Part shown: in pieces, positions 9,311 through 18,933 of the stretch
How the letters are laid out: the number at the start of each line of letters is the position of its first letter
Numbering within the stretch: the stretch's first letter is position 1
From: a virus
Taxonomy: Duplodnaviria > Caudoviricetes
Reading direction: 5' to 3' (one strand)
IMG/VR virus record: IMGVR_UViG_3300034137_000033
Span: 1-50,808 of that record
DNA: 50,808 nucleotides
The notes under the pieces: model-generated
What the model saw: only the letters and a program-made list of their open reading frames with translations
Told to the model about the DNA's origin: nothing
Databases searched by the model: none
Program-made: the position numbers and the translations under genes

Positions 9311-9379
9311 TCTCAGAAGTTTGTCGTCAAACAAAGTACAATAGTTGTAGCCAAATAATAATAAGAATAGGCGCTATAT

Positions 9380-10690
9380 ATGTCCGTTAGTCAGCGCTCC
9401 ATGCGCAGTCAGAAAGATTACGAAATCAGGAAAGTAATTCGCACACTTCAAGGTGGAACTGTGGCGATCCGGGCTGCCGGGATTGAGTATCTGCCCAAAG
9501 AGCCAGGCGAAACACCGGAAGCTTATCGACGACGCTTAAACAGGTCTTTCTTAACCAACTACTTCCAGCGCACTGTTGCCAACCTGGCATCGAAACCGTT
9601 CAGTATGCCGGTAGGTATCAAAAGTGAACGTTACCCAGAGCTTGCTGCTGAGTATCTGGCCGATGTGGATGGCCGAGGCACCAGTGCTACAACTTTGGCC
9701 CATGCCTGCACCGCTGATGCCGTAGCTATGGGGTCGACGTTTCTGGCCGGCGATTGTGCCGTCAACGGTGGTAGGCCTTACCTCTACCTTCTACCTGGCG
9801 AAAATATCCTTGCTGCGCGTAAGAACGAGGATGACAAGCTCATTCACATTCGCATCCTGGAAACAGCAGTCGTCCAGGACGGCCAATGGGGTGAAACGGA
9901 AGTGAAGCGCGTAAGGGTGTTCGACCGCGAGGGTGACGTTGTTACGTGGTCGCTTTACGACGGTGAGACTGATGCCCCAATCGTTCTGGATCAGCCGTTT
10001 GCTCTCAAAGAGATCCCAGTAACGCCCATCCATGCTGCCGAGGCCATTGCGTCTGATCAACTGCAGGCTCCGCCGCCTCTGTTGGATCTGGCGTACATGA
10101 ACGTTCAGCATTATCAAGAAAGCTCAGATCAGTCGAACATCCTCCGCATCGCTCGCGTGCCGGTGCTCTTCGCTTCTGGGGTTGCTGATGATGCTGCGAT
10201 CACAATCGGCTCGGAATACGCCATCAAAGGAGACGTGGGAGCTGATCTAAAGTATGTCGAGCACTCGGGTGCAGCGATTGGCGCAGGTCGTGACTCACTC
10301 AAAGACCTGGAAACCAAAATGGAGTCTTATGGGCTGGGTCTGCTCGAAAACAGCGGTGTTGCGCAAACTGCCACAGGCCACGCGCTGAGGGCCGGAGAAA
10401 CAAATAATAGGATCGCGATGCTTGCACTCAGCGTCGCTAACGCCCTGGAAGTCGGTCTGGGCTGGGTCGCCTATTTCAACAAGATTGCTGAGCCAGATTT
10501 TCAGGTTCATGTCGACACTGAGTACGGAATCAGCACTACCTCGGAAGACCTGACGGCACTGGCGAACGCTCGCACCATGGGTGATTTGTCGAGGGAAGAC
10601 TACCTGCAGGAGATGAAGCGCCGTGGCATTCTGCGTAACGAGTTCAGCCTGGCTGACAATGAGGACAGGCTCTCAGTTGAGCTAGCCTGA
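9380..10690 (+). CDS. Portal protein (DUF4055-like)
   Basis: YLPKEPGE..AYRRRL, PPLLDLAYMNVQHYQ, position after terL, 436 aa. Confidence 0.85.
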   Translation: MSVSQRSMRSQKDYEIRKVIRTLQGGTVAIRAAGIEYLPKEPGETPEAYRRRLNRSFLTNYFQRTVANLASKPFSMPVGIKSERYPELAAEYLADVDGRGTSATTLAHACTADAVAMGSTFLAGDCAVNGGRPYLYLLPGENILAARKNEDDKLIHIRILETAVVQDGQWGETEVKRVRVFDREGDVVTWSLYDGETDAPIVLDQPFALKEIPVTPIHAAEAIASDQLQAPPPLLDLAYMNVQHYQESSDQSNILRIARVPVLFASGVADDAAITIGSEYAIKGDVGADLKYVEHSGAAIGAGRDSLKDLETKMESYGLGLLENSGVAQTATGHALRAGETNNRIAMLALSVANALEVGLGWVAYFNKIAEPDFQVHVDTEYGISTTSEDLTALANARTMGDLSREDYLQEMKRRGILRNEFSLADNEDRLSVELA

Positions 10691-10738
10691 CGATCTGTGG
10701 CCTACTGCCAGCTGGTAGGCCACAGGACACGGACAGCT

Positions 10739-11455
10739 ATGATTCCCGACGCATTCACTCATGATGATCAGCCGGTCTACGCAGGCGACTACACCACTGC
10801 ACAATGGGACGCCCTGAAGGCCCAGAGCCTTGAAAACCCATTTGCATTCAAAATGGGGTGTTGCTCGTCCCGTGCGGTTCTCAAGACCAGCATCAACGGC
10901 CTGCAGTTCTTCGCTCACTACTCAGACGAATGCGCTACTGCACCGGAGACCAAATGGCACATCGCCGGTAAAGACATGGTTCTCGGCGCGCTCAACCTCT
11001 ACGGGGTGAATCCACGTGTGGAAGTGCCAGGTGGTACAGGAAAGGATCGGTGGAAGGCTGACGTGTACTTCGAGGTCGGTGACCGCAAGATTGCCATCGA
11101 ACTCCAACGTTCGTACCAACACCTTCGAGATTTCGTTCGTCGTCAGGAGCGGTACGAACGTTATGGCGTCGAGTGTTACTGGCTGGTCAGGGATGAGGTG
11201 GCCAAGCCTTTAAGTAAGTCGATTATGCGTAAACGCTGGATTGAAGAATTCAACAGGATGATGCCTCCGGACGGTTTCTTTGTGACTCTACCGACGTTCT
11301 TCTTCGGCATTCTGAACCCCGAAGCTGATGTTCGTGTGAATGTCCATTCGCCCAGGCTGTCCACGAGTCACTTCGAATTGCTTGCCGCAATCTTCCACAG
11401 AGATCTCCGCTGGAACGGTAAGCACTGGTCTATCACTCCGGATGCAGCTATGTAA
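10739..11455 (+). CDS. CoiA-like PD-(D/E)xK nuclease
   Basis: N-terminal Cys/His cluster (CC..FFAH..C), ETKWH, ADVYF..IAIELQRS, R..RY...GVECYW. Start ATG 10739. Confidence 0.75.
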   Translation: MIPDAFTHDDQPVYAGDYTTAQWDALKAQSLENPFAFKMGCCSSRAVLKTSINGLQFFAHYSDECATAPETKWHIAGKDMVLGALNLYGVNPRVEVPGGTGKDRWKADVYFEVGDRKIAIELQRSYQHLRDFVRRQERYERYGVECYWLVRDEVAKPLSKSIMRKRWIEEFNRMMPPDGFFVTLPTFFFGILNPEADVRVNVHSPRLSTSHFELLAAIFHRDLRWNGKHWSITPDAAM

Positions 11456-11513
11456 CCTGTATTCCACCTGGCCTTTTCCCTATACTCGCTACACTAAATA
11501 TCTGAGGTGTTAT

Positions 11514-11885
11514 ATGTCCCGTCTTGCTGAATTCCGTCAACTCGAAAAACACCTGGCTGAGCAACTTGCCGCTCTTGAAGCCATGAAAGGCGACGAAGGC
11601 CTGAAAAAAGAGGTGGAGTTCGAAACCAAGCTGCGCGCTTTGCTCGCTGAATACAGCTACAGCCTTCGCAACGTGGTCGCTATCCTTGACCCACAGGCCT
11701 CGACCCGCCGCGCTCCAGCAGCTGCTGAATCGAAGGTAGGCACTCGCAAGCCGCGTCAGGTCAAAATCTACAAAAACCCGCACTCGGGTGAAGTCGTCGA
11801 AACCAAGGGTGGAAATCACAAAGTTCTGAAAGACTGGAAGGCTGAATTCGGCGCCCAAGAAGTGGAATCTTGGTTGGCTCAGTAA
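11514..11885 (+). CDS. MvaT/MvaU-family (H-NS-like) nucleoid-associated silencer
   Basis: MSRLAEFRQLE..LKKEVEFETKLRALL, C-terminal YKNPHSGEVVETKGGNHKVLKDWK, GAGG RBS. Confidence 0.95.
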   Translation: MSRLAEFRQLEKHLAEQLAALEAMKGDEGLKKEVEFETKLRALLAEYSYSLRNVVAILDPQASTRRAPAAAESKVGTRKPRQVKIYKNPHSGEVVETKGGNHKVLKDWKAEFGAQEVESWLAQ

Positions 11886-11907
11886 GACTGTTTGAGTACA
11901 AACAATC

Positions 11908-11929
11908 AGGGCCCCGCAGGGCCCTTTTT
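11908..11929 (+). terminator. Intrinsic terminator
   Basis: AGGGCCC-CGCA-GGGCCCT-TTTT. Confidence 0.8.
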
Positions 11930-11934
11930 GCTAA

Positions 11935-12639
11935 CTACGGTTTAGGGCAAAGTGCTTCCGCGATGCTTTCCAGGCTGCTTATATAAAAAGATAGTCGACT
12001 GATTGCGTTCAGCTTGTGGCTGGAGCATAGAAAGTACCCGACCTTCTCGATATTGTTTGTCTTTCTCTTGAACTCAACTGGCAGGTCGGGATTCGCCAGA
12101 GCGGTTTGCATGGTTTTTTGGGCTGCAGTGCTGCGATGTGCCAGGAAGTTACGCACGCTCTTTGTGGTATCGATAAGCGCGTAATTGGGTTTCGGCATCG
12201 AGTTGAAAAAACCCTTGTGCTTGACACTCAGCCACAGCCCGGCGCGCTTCTTCATCTCAGATTCATGCGGGAAAGTGACGTTATATTCATTTGGGTCAAG
12301 AATGGTTCTGATCTTTTCCAGACTCAGATGGGACTTGATTTCCTTCGACGTGAACGTTATCGCACGCTTGCCAAAATCATCCTCACTGGAAAGCTGCATC
12401 GAGCTCGTCATTGCCTGGACAAACACGTCCGGATCTTTGTTGATGTACGCAACAAAAAGATCGCTGATAAAGCCCTCTAGGAGGATGGACGCGCCAAGGA
12501 ATGTGTATTCGGCCACCAAGTGTTTCTGCGAGGTCGTGACCCCAACCCCAGGAACATTGACCGCGTTGAAAACCTCCTGGATCTCTTGAAGACCTGAGAG
12601 GAAATCCTTTTTGATGTTTTGTGGATCTGCTGTACGCAT
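11935..12639 (-). CDS. HEPN-domain protein (putative RNase, defence-associated)
   Basis: N-terminal E-x-F helix (LEGFISDLF) and Rx4H motif RNFLAH. Confidence 0.65.
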   Translation of the reverse strand: MRTADPQNIKKDFLSGLQEIQEVFNAVNVPGVGVTTSQKHLVAEYTFLGASILLEGFISDLFVAYINKDPDVFVQAMTSSMQLSSEDDFGKRAITFTSKEIKSHLSLEKIRTILDPNEYNVTFPHESEMKKRAGLWLSVKHKGFFNSMPKPNYALIDTTKSVRNFLAHRSTAAQKTMQTALANPDLPVEFKRKTNNIEKVGYFLCSSHKLNAISRLSFYISSLESIAEALCPKP

Positions 12640-12716
12640 AGCTTCCGTGCATTCCCGAGCTGAGTGATGGCTTTAAGCCAGATCCGCCAATCCTAACCTC
12701 AAAATCTGGAAATTGC

Positions 12717-13997
12717 TCATGTAGCCTGAAACCGCATCAGCTGATTGATGGACGTCGTGTAGCTCTGGCTCATCATCTCCCGCTTCATTGCCCACCCTGC
12801 ACTCAACGGCATCCTCCCTGAGTGCAGCGTGTTCTTCCCGAACTTTCCATTGATCCTGTCGAGCACTGTCATCAGTTCGTCAGTCTTGGCTGGCTGACTC
12901 TCCGTGAACAGGTCACCCGTGAATTCCCCACGCTTGCGCAGATCCATCAGCAGGATCTCAGCCTTGCTATACCGAAATCCATCCCTCCAGATAACCGCCA
13001 GACCCTCCATGGCCGCGTTTGTTAGCAAAAGCACGTCGTCAGTTGGATACGGTGGATGGCACGTCACTGAGTTCGCGTATTTCGGGCCGTCGCCGAATGG
13101 TGAGGTTCTGATTGCAAGGCGAAACACTGCGGTGAGTGATGACTGCTTGCGGAGCTTCTGGGTTGCCCGGTGCATGTACGTCGCCACGGCCTCCCGCATG
13201 GCCTCGATGGTGGTGACGCGCTCACCGAACATCCGGGATGTACAGATGGCCTGGCGGTCGGGTTCGGCCTCTTGGAGCTCTATGCAAGGTTCGCCAGTGA
13301 GTTCACGGACAGTGCGTTCCAGGACTACACCGTATCGCTGCCGGATGGTCTTTGCGTTCGTGTTTGCGAGCTGCCAAGCGTTCGTGATGCCCTCGGCCTC
13401 AAGCTTCGCAGAAATGCGGCGACCAACTCCCCAGACTTCCTGCGTGGGCATGCGCTTTAGTAGCCATTCGACGGCGTGATCGGCACGCAGATCAACAACC
13501 CCACCGGTTCGATCCTTGTATAGCTTGCTCGCGTGCTGGGCAGCCTTGGCCAATGTCTTCGTGTGACCGATGCCAATGCCCACCGGCATTCCCGTCCATT
13601 GCCTTACTCGTGCCTGGATCGACCGGGCGAAGTCGCCAACTGGTTCAGGTAGGCCGGTGAGATCAGCAAAGGATTCGTCGATTGAGTACACCTCGACCCT
13701 CGGCACCATGCTTTCAATGGTCTGCTGGACTCTGGTCGAGATGTCGCCGTAGAGCTCGTAATTGCTCGAAAACGCGACTATCCCATTCGCCTGCAGGCTG
13801 TCGCGGATCTTGAAGTACGGGTCACCCATTTTGATTCCAAATGCCTTGGCTTCTGGCGTCCGGGCAATCACGCAGCCATCGTTGTTCGAGAGGACGACCA
13901 CCGGCACTGTCCTGAGCTCCGGGCGGAACAGGCGCTCACAGCTGCAGTAGAAGCTGTTGCAGTCGATGAGTGCGTAGGTCGGCCTATCAAGGGACAT
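12717..13997 (-). CDS. umuC: Y-family DNA polymerase V catalytic subunit (UmuC/RulB)
   Basis: [33 protein letters not shown]-terminal [14 protein letters not shown]. Confidence 0.97.
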   Translation of the reverse strand: MSLDRPTYALIDCNSFYCSCERLFRPELRTVPVVVLSNNDGCVIARTPEAKAFGIKMGDPYFKIRDSLQANGIVAFSSNYELYGDISTRVQQTIESMVPRVEVYSIDESFADLTGLPEPVGDFARSIQARVRQWTGMPVGIGIGHTKTLAKAAQHASKLYKDRTGGVVDLRADHAVEWLLKRMPTQEVWGVGRRISAKLEAEGITNAWQLANTNAKTIRQRYGVVLERTVRELTGEPCIELQEAEPDRQAICTSRMFGERVTTIEAMREAVATYMHRATQKLRKQSSLTAVFRLAIRTSPFGDGPKYANSVTCHPPYPTDDVLLLTNAAMEGLAVIWRDGFRYSKAEILLMDLRKRGEFTGDLFTESQPAKTDELMTVLDRINGKFGKNTLHSGRMPLSAGWAMKREMMSQSYTTSINQLMRFQAT

Positions 13998-14418
13998 GAT
14001 GGGTCAGGCTCCACGTAACGACGCCAAACACTTCGATCTCTTCAAGGCCCTGGATGGGCTGGTATTTTGGATTGTCAGAGCTGAGCATCCACCGGCCATC
14101 TTGCTGCCTATCCAACCGCTTCACGACAGGCTGGTTGTCGATGTACGCGACGATGACATTGCCAACCTGGGGTGTTCGAGCGCGGTCAATGATTAGCCTG
14201 GTGCAATTCAGAATGCCGGCAGGCGCCATGCTGTCGCCTTCAGTTTCTCCGAGCCAAACATGCGGAGCCCTTAGCTCGACGAGTTCGTCCAGTGAGATCG
14301 GGGGTTCGTAGTGATCAGCGGCAGGACTGGGAAAGCCCCCTGATGCTCTTCCGGAGAGAACATTAAGGAGACCTGGGAGCTCTGATTCGGTGATTTGACG
14401 TAGGCTGGTAAGGTTCAT
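13987..14418 (-). CDS. umuD: UmuD/RulA S24 autopeptidase
   Basis: [15 protein letters not shown] (Ser), VVKRL (Lys), FGVV. Overlaps the umuC start. Confidence 0.95.
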   Translation of the reverse strand: MNLTSLRQITESELPGLLNVLSGRASGGFPSPAADHYEPPISLDELVELRAPHVWLGETEGDSMAPAGILNCTRLIIDRARTPQVGNVIVAYIDNQPVVKRLDRQQDGRWMLSSDNPKYQPIQGLEEIEVFGVVTWSLTHHVP

Positions 14419-14437
14419 GACGGGGTGCTTGCGAATA

Positions 14438-14453
14438 CTGGATAGGCATACAG
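14438..14453. promoter_or_regulatory. LexA (SOS) box
   Basis: CTG-N10-CAG: (TA)CTGTATGCCTATCCAG(TA) on the minus strand, 20 bp upstream of umuD. Confidence 0.9.
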
Positions 14454-14481
14454 TACCCGCAAGCGATGAAGCTGGCTAGCC

Positions 14482-14775
14482 TCAGAGGTGCGAACGGCGC
14501 GGACTAACCCTGGCTGCGTAGCTAATGTAGGCAATCACACCAAGGGCGTAAATTGCGCTTGAAACTTTGTAGCACAGAAGCAGTGATTGTAAGCTAGCAA
14601 CAGCAGTCACCACCGGCGCAATCCAGAATGTAGCAAGTGAAAGACCAGTTAGTAAGACCGCCCCCTTAAATGTATGAAATCGCTCGAAAGTAGCCACGAC
14701 AATAAAGCCTGTGACCATAGAGCTCAAATACCCAATAGCGATAATAATTGCAGCGGTAAAAAACACTTCTTGCAT
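14482..14775 (-). CDS. Small membrane protein (about 3 TM)
   Basis: Hydrophobic 97-aa ORF with A-rich leader and AAGGA RBS. Confidence 0.6.
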   Translation of the reverse strand: MQEVFFTAAIIIAIGYLSSMVTGFIVVATFERFHTFKGAVLLTGLSLATFWIAPVVTAVASLQSLLLCYKVSSAIYALGVIAYISYAARVSPRRSHL

Positions 14776-14928
14776 GATGAAATCCTTTTATTATTATTGT
14801 TATAGATTAATTATCCCAAGGAGCTACTTGGCAAGCAAACTAATCTTGAAATATAGGAATAGACATTTTGTTGTAAAACCCCTCAATGCCCATCCAGCCG
14901 CTCTAAGCCTTTGTGTCGCTCCCAACTC

Positions 14929-15147
14929 TCAGCGACCGAATGGCTTCGGAATTGGGTTTCTACTTTGATTCAGCCTATCGGCCCGCTTACGATCTAACTC
15001 TCTATCAATGGATTCGAAAATTTGCGCATTGATTGATTCTCCCAAGCGAGCCACGCCCTTTTCAAATTCTTCTTTCCACTCGTCTGGTATCTCGAAGTTA
15101 ATATCATCGCTGTTTATGCGGCACTCAAAATATTTATGTTCGGCCAT
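14929..15147 (-). CDS. Hypothetical protein
   Basis: 72 aa, AAGGA RBS. Confidence 0.6.
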   Translation of the reverse strand: MAEHKYFECRINSDDINFEIPDEWKEEFEKGVARLGESINAQIFESIDRELDRKRADRLNQSRNPIPKPFGR

Positions 15148-15180
15148 TTTCAGTTTTCCTTAGTATTTGTTGTTGTCAAA

Positions 15181-15372
15181 CTAATCATCCCGGCGCACCA
15201 GGTCTTTGTATCGCTCTCTGCTCTCAATGATCTGGTCGCGAAGCTCCTCAGGGTCGATGCTCATACAACCTCCAAGGGGCACCTGGAGGGTTTTAAGTGA
15301 GTTAGCGGCTAGGATGAACTGCTCTTCCTGGCGATCCCAGACGGTCTTAGGTCGACGCGAGAAGAGCTTCAT
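15181..15372 (-). CDS. Hypothetical protein
   Basis: 63 aa, GGAG RBS, overlaps the upstream ORF. Confidence 0.55.
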   Translation of the reverse strand: MKLFSRRPKTVWDRQEEQFILAANSLKTLQVPLGGCMSIDPEELRDQIIESRERYKDLVRRDD

Positions 15373-15622
15373 TGTCTTTTCTCCAATCTGGAATCCATGA
15401 CAAATCAGCGTCCGGGCTCAGCGCCTTGAGATTGTCCCGAACCAAATCTTGCACGGAATACCGCTCAAAGTTGAACTTCAAGACCTCATGAAGTCGGCTT
15501 GCAATTTCCTTACGATCTTCGACGTTGAATTGTTCCAAAGCCTTAAAAATACAGGCGGCACTGCCTCCTGCTAACTCAAAAAGATTGGCGTGAACTCTGC
15601 TGTAGCTTTCAATGATATCCAT
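15347..15622 (-). CDS. Hypothetical protein
   Basis: 91 aa, AGGA RBS, part of a co-oriented cluster. Confidence 0.55.
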   Translation of the reverse strand: MDIIESYSRVHANLFELAGGSAACIFKALEQFNVEDRKEIASRLHEVLKFNFERYSVQDLVRDNLKALSPDADLSWIPDWRKDNEALLAST

Positions 15623-15630
15623 GTTTTTTC

Positions 15631-15993
15631 CTATAGACCTAGCTGAATGGCAGCTTCTTTGTATTCCGCATCATCAACAATACTTAACTCAAGCTTCACC
15701 ATGGGATCGTTTTTGCCGCTCCAGTCGCAAAGATTGATGTTGCCGTACGAGCCCGTATGAATTTCACGGCAGTCAACTCTGCTGATGAAACCATTGGTGA
15801 TCAAATAAAGCATCAGGCCGTCTGGGCCGTTTCCTGTTTCATAACCGTTTGCCACTTGCTCAGCAACCACTGACAGATCAAAGTTACTGCGGCAGATGAA
15901 TGGGCCTGAGTACCCGTAGTCTGAATACTCCTCACTAGACAAAATTACGAGTTGGTTTTTTGAGAGCTTGAAATTGTTGTTCGCCGTTTGCAT
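15631..15993 (-). CDS. Hypothetical protein
   Basis: 120 aa, AAGGA/AAGG RBS. Confidence 0.6.
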   Translation of the reverse strand: MQTANNNFKLSKNQLVILSSEEYSDYGYSGPFICRSNFDLSVVAEQVANGYETGNGPDGLMLYLITNGFISRVDCREIHTGSYGNINLCDWSGKNDPMVKLELSIVDDAEYKEAAIQLGL

Positions 15994-16257
15994 TAACCTT
16001 GTCCTTTTACGATTGCATGTCTTTAGTATGCAAAAGGAGGTGGTGCGACGTATATATGATTATTCAACCAGTAATGAGATTTTCCTGTATATAGAGCTGA
16101 AACCCCTGAAAGCACAGATGCGTATCCCAGCAGAATACTCTTAAAATAACTACCGCAGTTGCTTTGCTAACAAACCCTTGGACTGGATTCCTGCCAATTG
16201 ATAGAATAGATGGCCTATCGCTGGTAGCTGCGAAAGATCCGGGCGAGGAATTAATAG

Positions 16258-16632
16258 ATGCGTACACCGTTAGTAATGAGGTTGGGCGATGATGCACACA
16301 AGTGGGGTAAGCCAGAGCCACTGACGAGAGATGATGCATGCTCTGTCAGGGATCTCTGCGAACAGGCGGGAATACCTTGTCGCGCCTTCGGTCATCGCGC
16401 AGAACTTAAAATGATAGTCCTGATCGATAGCGAAAATGATTTTCTAATTATCGAAGATGACGGCCCGTTCTACAGCGTTGGAAAAAAGACAATACCGGAG
16501 ACTGACACTGCTGATGTTGCCCTGAGGATTCTGGAAGTGCTGGCTTATACATTCCGGGAATACTCTGCAAGAGAGTGTTTGAATAGGCAGGGCTATTTCG
16601 TCGCTCCGCCAGATTCGTGGCGACCTAGTTAG
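16258..16632 (+). CDS. Hypothetical protein
   Basis: 124 aa, GAGGA RBS. Confidence 0.55.
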   Translation: MRTPLVMRLGDDAHKWGKPEPLTRDDACSVRDLCEQAGIPCRAFGHRAELKMIVLIDSENDFLIIEDDGPFYSVGKKTIPETDTADVALRILEVLAYTFREYSARECLNRQGYFVAPPDSWRPS

Positions 16633-16654
16633 ATGCAACTCGCAGAGTCGTCGA

Positions 16655-17122
16655 TTAAAACAGCTTCGACTGATCAACAGCTGCTCTAAGCGCATGAACA
16701 TCCTGTAGCGCTCGATGCCCCTTACGCACAGGAAGTCTCCGCAATATCTCAGACGCAGCTTCACGACCCACAAACGCTTCGATGGGTTTGACTTCAAACG
16801 TTGGATCGATGCCTGCGGCTTCGTACAGAACGTCCAGCCAAAAGCAGTCGGCTGGGTTGTCTGAGCAGAGGATTTTGCCGTCAAACAGTCGGTTCATGGC
16901 CCTGACGACTTCGAGGGGTGGCGTGCCCCCGGCTATCAGTTGCTCACGGGTGATCTGATGCATGTCTTGAGCATCGTAGCTCCAATGATCCCAATAGTGG
17001 ACTGGCTGGATCAGGGCCTGGTACTCGCCACCTGGGTAGACTACAGCCACTTCAATCGGGTAGCTGTCCGGAGCAATGCCTGATGCTTCAAAGTCGATGA
17101 AGTGGCTCGGCAGCTCAGTCAT
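16655..17122 (-). CDS. DEDDh (DnaQ-like) 3'-5' exonuclease
   Basis: FIDFEASG, SDNPAD..WL, HRALQD. Start ATG 17122 overlaps the stop of the upstream ORF. Confidence 0.75.
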   Translation of the reverse strand: MTELPSHFIDFEASGIAPDSYPIEVAVVYPGGEYQALIQPVHYWDHWSYDAQDMHQITREQLIAGGTPPLEVVRAMNRLFDGKILCSDNPADCFWLDVLYEAAGIDPTFEVKPIEAFVGREAASEILRRLPVRKGHRALQDVHALRAAVDQSKLF

Positions 17123-17411
17123 GTCCTGGTGGGTTCCGAGGTCTGGACTGCACCTGCTGCGTGCCGTCTTGGCAAACGAAATACACACGACTTGGCGACC
17201 AAACTTGGCGTGTGTAGATCCAGGAGTCGTCTTTCGAGCGGAAAGCAGTGACGTCGCTAGCGTTGACCGTCTCGTCGAGTTCGCCTTCGATGAAGTCATG
17301 CACGCAATCATCAATGGTCAGGCCAGGCTCTTGCTTCGCAATGGCACTCGAAAAGTAGTCTCTGATCGACATGTCGGCGCCGTCGTAGATCCAGTCGAAA
17401 CTCATATCCAC
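17115..17411 (-). CDS. Hypothetical protein
   Basis: 98 aa, overlapping/coupled with the exonuclease gene. Confidence 0.45.
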   Translation of the reverse strand: MDMSFDWIYDGADMSIRDYFSSAIAKQEPGLTIDDCVHDFIEGELDETVNASDVTAFRSKDDSWIYTRQVWSPSRVYFVCQDGTQQVQSRPRNPPGHD

Positions 17412-17521
17412 CCCCAGATAAGCCCAGCTTCAGTGATCCTTCATCACAGAGTGAGGAACCGTGGGCGAGAGATCAAGGCTTTCTGCTAGCATGCCGAATC
17501 AGAGATCGCAGGGAGCAACAC

Positions 17522-18424
17522 ATGGCAGTCACAGACCTATTCTCCAAACGTCAGCAAAGACTGCGCGGCGGCGGCCCAGACGTCTATGTGTACGACAGGC
17601 TACCGATGCCTCTACGCATTCAGCTGCTATATATGCTCAATGAGCTTTTGGGCGATGAGCAGGAATTTTACAAGACGTTTAGCACCTGCAACCAAATCGT
17701 TCATTATGTTGTTAAGACTCTGCGCCTTGAATATGGGAAGCATCGCATTGCATCGGATAATGAAAATGACGACTACCATGAGCTGATTCTATTCCTTAAA
17801 AAGGAAGATGACATTGAAAGGGTCATGGATGCTATTGAACTGATCATCAATCAGACCCGTGAATACCCAGGTTACGATGAGCAGTGCCGTGACTTCATCA
17901 GCGATCTAAATATTAGGTTTCGAGAGCATGGTGTCGGGTATGAGCTTATCAATGGTGAGATAATCCGCATCGACTCAAGATTTCATCATGCTGTTGTAGT
18001 TAAGCCTGCAATCCAGTTCTTGAACCAAACGGGATTCGAGGGTGCTCAGCAAGAGTTCATCCTTGCTTATGAGCATTACAGACATGGGCGGCATAAAGAG
18101 GCGCTAAACGAGGCGCTCAAAACCTTTGAAAGTACCATGAGGGCAATTTGTACCGCCCGTGGCTGGGATTGCGCATCAACCAGCGGTTCCAGAAAGCTAA
18201 TAGTCATATTGCAAAGCCGAGAATTATTTCCTGCTTATTATGAAAGTCATTTGTCGGCTCTCGTGAATTTGATGGAGGGTGTGGCAACCTTGCGCAACAA
18301 GGAAAGCGCCCATGGTCAAGGCGCAGAAATAAGGCCTGTAAAAGATGATGTTGTTGCGTATGCGTTGCACATGACTGCGTCAGCTGTAGTTATGCTCGCA
18401 GGCCTTCATGCGGATAAAGCCTGA
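17522..18424 (+). CDS. Abortive infection protein, AbiJ-like N-terminus plus Abi_C/HEPN C-terminus
   Basis: LFSKRQ..DVYVYD..LRIQ, LNIRFREHGVGY, ALKTFESTMRAI, HEPN-like LRNKESAHGQG, GGGAG RBS. Confidence 0.8.
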   Translation: MAVTDLFSKRQQRLRGGGPDVYVYDRLPMPLRIQLLYMLNELLGDEQEFYKTFSTCNQIVHYVVKTLRLEYGKHRIASDNENDDYHELILFLKKEDDIERVMDAIELIINQTREYPGYDEQCRDFISDLNIRFREHGVGYELINGEIIRIDSRFHHAVVVKPAIQFLNQTGFEGAQQEFILAYEHYRHGRHKEALNEALKTFESTMRAICTARGWDCASTSGSRKLIVILQSRELFPAYYESHLSALVNLMEGVATLRNKESAHGQGAEIRPVKDDVVAYALHMTASAVVMLAGLHADKA

Positions 18425-18578
18425 CAAATTAACTGAGCTTCCTCTAAGTGCCATCCGCCTTGCCAAATGGATGGCATACATACTCAAATAACTTGAATCA
18501 GAAAACTATTGCTACACCTCTTTCTCATTCGATACAATGAATACATAATAAGAAGAAGGCATAAGCCTCGGGTTCAAC

Positions 18579-18917
18579 ATGCAGACAATCACTGTCCGAA
18601 AACTCACGCCTGAAACTGAAGAGATCTGCGCAATTCGCCTTGTCGGCGGTTTCGACTCGGAGAAAAAACACTATCCTGCTCTCGACCTGCTGAGGTTTGA
18701 GAACAAGCGGAAGCTTGAGTCGATTGCGAAACATGCTGCCGCTGGCTGCTACATTTCGTTTAGAGGCATCAAGAATCTCGTTATTGGCGAGTTACTTCAA
18801 GCAGATGATCTCGTGTTTGACGGTGTCAGGTATGTGTTTAACGTGCAGAGTTTTTCTGAGCCAAGCAGTCTGGATTACCTAGTCTGGGAAGTCTTGGCGC
18901 AGATCATCGAAGAATAA
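18579..18917 (+). CDS. Hypothetical protein
   Basis: 112 aa, preceded by TACAAT and an ATAATAAG leader. Confidence 0.6.
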   Translation: MQTITVRKLTPETEEICAIRLVGGFDSEKKHYPALDLLRFENKRKLESIAKHAAAGCYISFRGIKNLVIGELLQADDLVFDGVRYVFNVQSFSEPSSLDYLVWEVLAQIIEE

Positions 18918-18933
18918 TAATAAGAGGAGAACG

